A DNA stretch of 64,000 nt. It comes from Amoebidium appalachense (taxonomy: Eukaryota; Protista; Ichthyosporea). The DNA is taken from assembly GCA_963693365.1 (NCBI GenBank), contig CAVNZM010000011.1, forward strand, positions 6,095,921 through 6,159,920, given 5' to 3'. A program made the position numbers and the translations under genes. This document shows positions 54,888-64,000 of this stretch, one piece after another. The notes beneath the pieces were generated by a model, which searched no databases, was not told the DNA's origin, and saw nothing but the letters and a program-made list of their open reading frames with translations. Each line of letters begins with the position of its first letter. The first letter of the stretch is position 1.

Positions 54888-55031
54888 AGGTTTTGTTTGT
54901 GGAATTTATTGACATAAATTGAATTTATTGACATAAATATTTTTCTGGGTAAACACGTAGGATGGGTGTTCGGTATCGACATAACCATGTAGGCTTCGTT
55001 TTCGTGTTTTAGCAGTTCGCGGTTGGCTGCC
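54888..55031 (-). repeat. Inverted paralog of 47752-47878
   Basis: Shared cgcgaactgctaaaaca...gaagcctacatggttatgt...cacccatcct...atatttatgtcaataa. Confidence 0.85.
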
Positions 55032-55395
55032 CGCACACGGGGCACCTATTAGCCAATCAAAACGTCAGATTCCACATATCACTAGACCAATGTTGATTGG
55101 CCTGGATCAGATTTCACATATCACTAGATCGATTTTGATTGACTCGGATTGGTAGGCTTAGGTATATAAGCACGACAGTTTTTAGCAGATCAGCAAGCCT
55201 TCTACAAACACATCTTCTGTGTTGAGCACCTACAGCCCTTACAACTATATTTGTTTTTTCACGGGGCGAAGGCTTCCCCCGTTTTTTGGGCACAAGGACC
55301 ACACGGATCAATAAATTGATGACTGCCGCCACAACACACACACGTTCAGACCCCCTTCCCCCCTCCCCCCCCCCCCCCCCCTCCCCGCCACAACA

Positions 55396-55437
<42 letters not shown>

Positions 55438-55488
55438 CACGCGGCACATGCACATGCACATGCACATACCCCCCTCCCCGCCACAACA

Positions 55489-55523
<35 letters not shown>

Positions 55524-55700
55524 GCGCACATACACACACACACGTTCAGATCCCTTTCCCCCTTCCCCCCCCCCCCCCCCCCCCCCAACACACACACACA
55601 CACACACACACCAATTGATGCGTGCGGACTGTGTTCGAATATGTGTGCTAACCATGCAATGTGTTTGTCATGTTGTGTCTGTGTGTATGCATGTACGTGC

Positions 55701-55775
<75 letters not shown>

Positions 55776-55779
55776 CGTG

Positions 55780-55838
<59 letters not shown>

Positions 55839-55859
55839 GACACGCACGCACACATATGT

Positions 55860-58805
<2,946 letters not shown>

Positions 58806-58920
58806 AAAAAAAAAAAGCAAACGCCCCCCCCCCCCCCCCCCCCCCCCTCCCCGATAACGCCGAAAACCAAGGGCCGTGATGACGACGATGACGATGACGA
58901 TGACGGGTGATGACGAGGAG

Positions 58921-60065
58921 TGTGGGGGCTGTGGGCTGTGGGCTGTGGGCTGTGGGCTGTGGGCTGTGGGCTGTGGGCTGTGGGCTGTGGGCTGTGGGCT
59001 ATGATAAAGATGATGGCAGCTGAGAGGAACGGGCCATGGTGGTAGCAGTGAGAGGAACGGGTCAAGCGAGAGGAACGGGTCAAGCGAGAGGAACGGGTCA
59101 AGCGAGAGGAACGGGTCATGGTGATAGCAGTGAGAGGAACGGGTCAAGCGAGAGGAACGGGTCAAGCGAGAGGAACGGGTCAAGCGAGAGGAACGGGTCA
59201 AGCGAGAGGAACGGGTCATGGTGGTAGCAGCGAGAGGGACGGGTCAAGCGAGAGGAACGGGTCAAGCGAGAGGAACGGGTCAAGCGAGAGGAACGGGTCA
59301 AGCGAGAGGAACGGGTCATGGTGATAGTAGTGAGAGGAACGGGTCAAGCGAGAGGAACGGGTCATGGTGATAGAGATGATAGAGAACGGGTCATGATGAT
59401 AGAGATGATAGAGAACGGGTCATGGTGATAGTAGTGAGAGGAACGGGTCACTCATGATGATAGAAACATGGGCCAAGGGGTGATGGTGACAGATCATGAT
59501 GATAGTAGTGAGAAGAACAAATCATGATGATACATACCAGTCATACGACAAGTATGCAAACATGATAAAACATGATAAAACCAAATCATTATGATAATAC
59601 CAAATCATGATGATAGCAACAAATCATACGACAACTATGCAAAACATGATAGATATGATAAACCAAATCATATGATACATACCAGTCATACGACAAATAT
59701 GCAGAATATGATAAATATGATAAAACCAAATCATATGACAATACCAAATCATTATGATAGCAGCAAATCATACGACAAACATGATAGATATGATAAACCA
59801 AATCATATGATAATAACAAATCATATGATAATAACAAATCATTATGATAGCTATGATAAACCAAATGATATGATACATACCAGTCATACGACAAATATGA
59901 CAAGTATGCAGAATATGATAAACCAAACCAGATGACAAACATGGCAACAGCCAATCATATGATAGACCAGACCAGATGACAAACATGATAGCAGCCAATC
60001 ATATGATAGACCAGACCAGATGACGAATATGGCAACAACCAATCAGACCAGGCCAAACCAAAACA
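58921..60065. repeat. Satellite cluster: (TGTGGGC)n, an 18-bp GAGAGGAACGGGTCAAGC higher-order array, then AT-rich ACCAAATCATATGATA-type repeats
   Basis: Directly visible. Confidence 0.9.
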
Positions 60066-60368
60066 TGACGTAAGCATATGGCAACAACAATGCGTGATAT
60101 ACATCCAACCAATGACGAGGTGGGGAAAAGAATGTCTGAATTCATTGGACAATTCCATTTATTAACTTATTCTTCGGCCGTCTGATTGGGCCACAATGGT
60201 TATGTGGCCAATCAGCGGCCTGGTAGAGGAGGCTTATGGGTATATAAGCCGACCTTAGATCGGTCGTCTATTAGCATATTCCCCGTCACCTCCTCTCTCA
60301 TCGGAGGCAACGTTGGTGAGGCTCGTTCACGCTTTGGTTAGGGTAGGTCACCCTTTTAGAACTTCACC

Positions 60369-61087
60369 ATGAACGTCATTTTCGAGCAATATTCCGCCGA
60401 AGCGCGCACCCCCGCCACTGGGGATTCGGACACCCGCGAATCACGCCCGCAGCGCTTTCGGCAGACCTGGGGGATGCCGGACTGCCCGCTGCTCAAGTTC
60501 CCTAGACATGCCTTTGCCGAGCGGCACCCCACTCTGGCACCCACCTTACCATGGGTGACGGAGTACCCTATGCCCAACGGTCCCCGACGCATCCCAGCCG
60601 ACCTACTGCCCTGGATCCCTTCCGAGGCCAACAAGCACGTGCTCGAGGAGAACGGGGTTACCATCGGGGCACCTGCAGCCTCATCGATGCAATGCACAAC
60701 GACTGCGCGTTCCAGCGCCGGCAGTTCCCCGGTGAAAACGGCGCCCCAGTGCCTGAACCCGCGGAGCAGTTCTACCAAAGACGCATTGCAGATCTCAAGG
60801 GTGCAATCGCCGATGTCGCTGTGTTCCTCTCCGACCGTGTGCACTACCAGTATCTCCGCGCCACGGAGGGTGCTGCCTTTGCCGAGCTGGCCCGCGCCCA
60901 CATGGAGCGGGAGTATTACCCTATTCTTTCTGAACGCTGGGGTCGCGCAATGGGCGACGCAAGGAAGAAAGAGGCAGAGGTCAACCTCGCTACGCGCACC
61001 GCCCGTGCGGGCAACCAAAATGACAACAAGATCGTGGTGAAGTCCAACACCGGCGCCAGCAGTGGGTCTGGCGCCGGCCGCAACTAA
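60369..61087 (+). pseudogene. ORF1 (gag-position, helical), with an apparent frameshift near 60655
   Basis: Overlapping ORFs 60369-61040 and 60551-61087; protein-like sequence switches frame at a G-run. Confidence 0.5.
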
Positions 61088-61161
61088 GTTTGCGGTTTCC
61101 GGCCCCTGTCGCGTAGGCAGCGGGCCTTACAAGGAGGCGTCAAGGGTGGGTGTCCACCCCA

Positions 61162-62476
61162 ATGTGTGCTAGTTGGGTATTCAACTTGTACCCGGGGCCG
61201 GCGTCTACCGGCCCCGCCCCGGTGCCAGCTCCCGCCGAGCCGGCTCCCCCCGCAAGTGGTGGCGACATGCTTCCCCCCGCGCCTCAACCACCACCAGCTC
61301 CCGCGGGCGTTCCCATCGGCGACCCTCCCCGGGAAGGGGGCCCAGCCCCCCTCCCCTTGGGACCACAGCCTGAGCCTCAAAGGCCCCCTTCCCCCGTGCA
61401 GCCGCCCCAGCAAGCTCCCCGGCCACCAGACCCCCCTGCCACCGTGGGGGTGTTTAGCGAGTGGCGTGCGGCGGTAATTTCGTCACTGCCTGGCAACCTG
61501 CGCCCCACTGGCCAGCAGCTGGTGCCACAGTGGAGCAGCTCCTCAGTGCAAACACGTGGCGCGCATATCAAGCCGACGTAACCCAGTACCTCAACTTTTG
61601 CGCCACCCACGAGTTTGCAGCCTGGCCCCTTACCGAACACGTAGCTTTGGCTTATGCGGCTCACCTGCTAGCACGCCCGTACCACCCCAGCACGTTAGAC
61701 TGCAAGTTTGCCGCCCTGCGCCAGGTACTGTTGTTTTGTACGGGTCTAAGGGAGCAGAGTGCACAGAGGTGTCATGTAAAAACACGACTAACACATTAAT
61801 GAGAGGGCAATCGGAGTTGTTCACGAGACATTGAAAGATTTCAAACAACAACTGAATCTTTATTGTGCTCTCGGTTCCTTTTGTACTTGCGACTTATCAC
61901 CTTATCACAACTAAAGAGGGAGAACCAATCGGTTCTATCAGAAGATAGAAAAACACATTCCGACAGAGCATACGCATTCCAACTTCCGATTAAACTAAAG
62001 TGTAGAAACTCTTACTTAAATAAATTAAGTAATTATACATCTAGTCACTATTAACTCACATATATATTTATGTTCGTCTCTATAAAGAAACTTATTTAAA
62101 TACATATATTTCCTAATAGTCGACACTCTCAAAGTGAAGACACTTTGCAATAAACCGAATTCCATATATATCTATTGTCCAATCACAACACACATATATT
62201 AACAGACAGGAATGCACAACACAATCTACAGATGTACTCGCTCGCGACTATTGGCGAGCCATCCTTTTGAGAACAAACTAGGCCATTTTGAAATAAAGGA
62301 AAGACAACGAGTGAGGCTAGCCAATCAAGCTACCTCTCAGATAAACAGAGGAGAGCAAACAGAAGTAAAATACAATAAGTTCTTATCAGGCAAGAGAGCC
62401 AGGTGTGCACAGATCTACAGATATCTGTGCCCACAGAAACAAGGGAGAGAGAGATACGGGGGGGGGGGGGGGGGGG

Positions 62477-62525
<49 letters not shown>

Positions 62526-63364
62526 GGAGAGAGAGGGAGAGCACAAAGAAGGAAAGCAGACACGAATACAAACAAGCTAGGACACATACATACTTCAAGG
62601 CTCTTGCTGTCATACATGGTGACGTATTCCAACAGGTACACCTGCTGTGGCACATTCCCTATTTGGACCAGGCCATCCTTGCAACCATGAAGAAGTCTTA
62701 CGGCAGGGCCCACCAGACCACCACCGCCACCCCGCCCGACCCAAAACGGTTTGACGCGCCCTGGGTCACCGGCCTGCTCATCGCACACTTGGGCCGGCAG
62801 GACCCTGACGGTGACCGCTGGCTAGCGGGGGTGCTGTTGAGCTACCTGTTTGGCCTACGGTGGAGCACCGCTGCTGCAGTACAGGTGGGGGACCTGACCT
62901 GGGGGGACCCCACCCCCACTGGAGCCCGACGCCTCCACCTGACCTTTCGAACCATCAAGCAGGCAGCTGGCAAGCAGATTCGGCCCCCTGTGCGCCACCG
63001 CATGGTTCCCCCCATGTGTGCACAGCTGTTAATGCGCGCCTGCGCGCACGGCCGGCAGCCCACCAGCCCCCTCCTGCCGTGCCCCAACGCTACCAAGGCC
63101 GTCAGCTGGCTGCGCAGCGCGGTGCAGGCCCTCGGCGTGCTCCCCGCCCTGGCTACCGGCATCACCTGGCACTGCCTCCATCACGGCATGGTCGGCGCTG
63201 CTCGTGCAATCGGCATCCCCTTTGCAGTCATCAAGCACCTGGGGGTGTGGGACCTCACCGGCCAAACCCCTGAGGACAACTACGGGTTGGGCCACTGCCC
63301 TACCCCCGATGACCACGAGTACTTCAGCGACCTGCGCGAGTTGGACCCTGTGCGACTGTCGTAA
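61162..63364 (+). CDS. Tyrosine recombinase (DIRS/Crypton-type YR), split by a 911-nt insert and with a frameshift near 61505
   Basis: Core-binding part LSANTWRAY...YLNFC...PLT....AYAAHL....PSTL...AAL (to 61724). Catalytic part from 62636: LFGLRWST (R), TIK (K), WHCLHHG (HxxR position), HLGVW (W), EDNY (Y). Confidence 0.85.
61729..62634. mobile_element. Solo LTR (906 bp) inserted in the recombinase gene
   Basis: Termini TGTTG...CAACA; 5-bp TSD GGTAC at 61724-61728 and 62635-62639. Confidence 0.8.
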
Positions 63365-63779
63365 ACTGTGCTCGAAAATGTACTGTATATTATGTAAAGT
63401 GTGGTGAATTTTGATCGACACTAATCTAGTGGGTTTTAGTTGTCGTTGCAGAGCAAAAATTCGCATAGTGGACGTAGGTAGCAGTATAAGTTATAAATGT
63501 CTGAATTGATTGGACAATTCCATTTATTAGCTTATTCTTCGGCCGTCTGATTGGGCCACAATGGTTATGTGGCCAATCAGCGGCCTGGTAGAGGAGGCTT
63601 ATGGGTTTATAAGCCGACCTTAGATCGGTCGTCTATTAGCATATTCCCCGTCGCCTCCTCTCTCATCGCCCACCCTCCCGCCCGCACATATTTTCTTTCC
63701 CCGTCGCAGCTTTCAAGCTTAATTCGACACACACACACACACACACAGACACACAGACACACAGACACACAGACACACA

Positions 63780-63819
<40 letters not shown>

Positions 63820-63917
63820 CACACACACACATGACACACACACATGTGCGCACGTGCACACCACACACACGCTTGCGCGCGCGGACGCACACAACATAGA
63901 TATCTGCACACGGGCAT

Positions 63918-63968
<51 letters not shown>

Positions 63969-64000
63969 ATGTGTGTGTGTGTCTGGGGGTATGTGCTCCC

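Larger units (their letters stand above)
60131..63668 (+). mobile_element. Tyrosine-recombinase element bounded by 173-bp direct repeats; gag-like ORF plus YR, no reverse transcriptase
   Basis: Direct repeats at 60131-60303 and 63496-63668 (4 mismatches seen; CCAAT and TATA motifs); coding regions lie between. Confidence 0.8.

Noticed and set aside
58921-59000. Telomeric repeat (TGTGGGC)n
   Set aside because: It is short and internal, with no evidence of a chromosome end.
59021-59450. CRISPR-like 18-bp array
   Set aside because: The units are contiguous with no unique spacers, so this is a minisatellite.

Overview
Eukaryotic, intron-rich and repeat-rich DNA. Introns and intergenic regions are packed with poly-G/poly-C, (CA)n and (CT)n tracts, and these explain most of the supplied ORF track. 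The left half (1-28 kb) holds three spliced genes: the 3' six exons of a class-I pyridine nucleotide-disulfide oxidoreductase (+), a disrupted multi-exon coiled-coil gene (-), and a complete 7-exon tyrosine phenol-lyase (-, 466 aa), a typically bacterial enzyme. It also holds fold-back MITE-like elements. The right half (28-64 kb) is dominated by mobile elements. It contains a chimeric, internally deleted Copia; frameshifted ORFs including a SET-domain candidate; and two near-identical 3594-bp non-autonomous Ty3/gypsy LTR elements with TSDs and a tRNA-Arg primer site. It also contains an inverted and rearranged chromovirus, and a unit array joined head-head, tail-head and tail-tail at one TATA core. 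Finally, there is a direct-repeat-bounded gag-like plus tyrosine-recombinase element with no RT, whose recombinase is split by a solo LTR that forms a precisely removable GT-AG intron. All calls were made by eye from motifs; no database search was run. Homopolymer lengths and single-base frameshifts may be sequencing errors.
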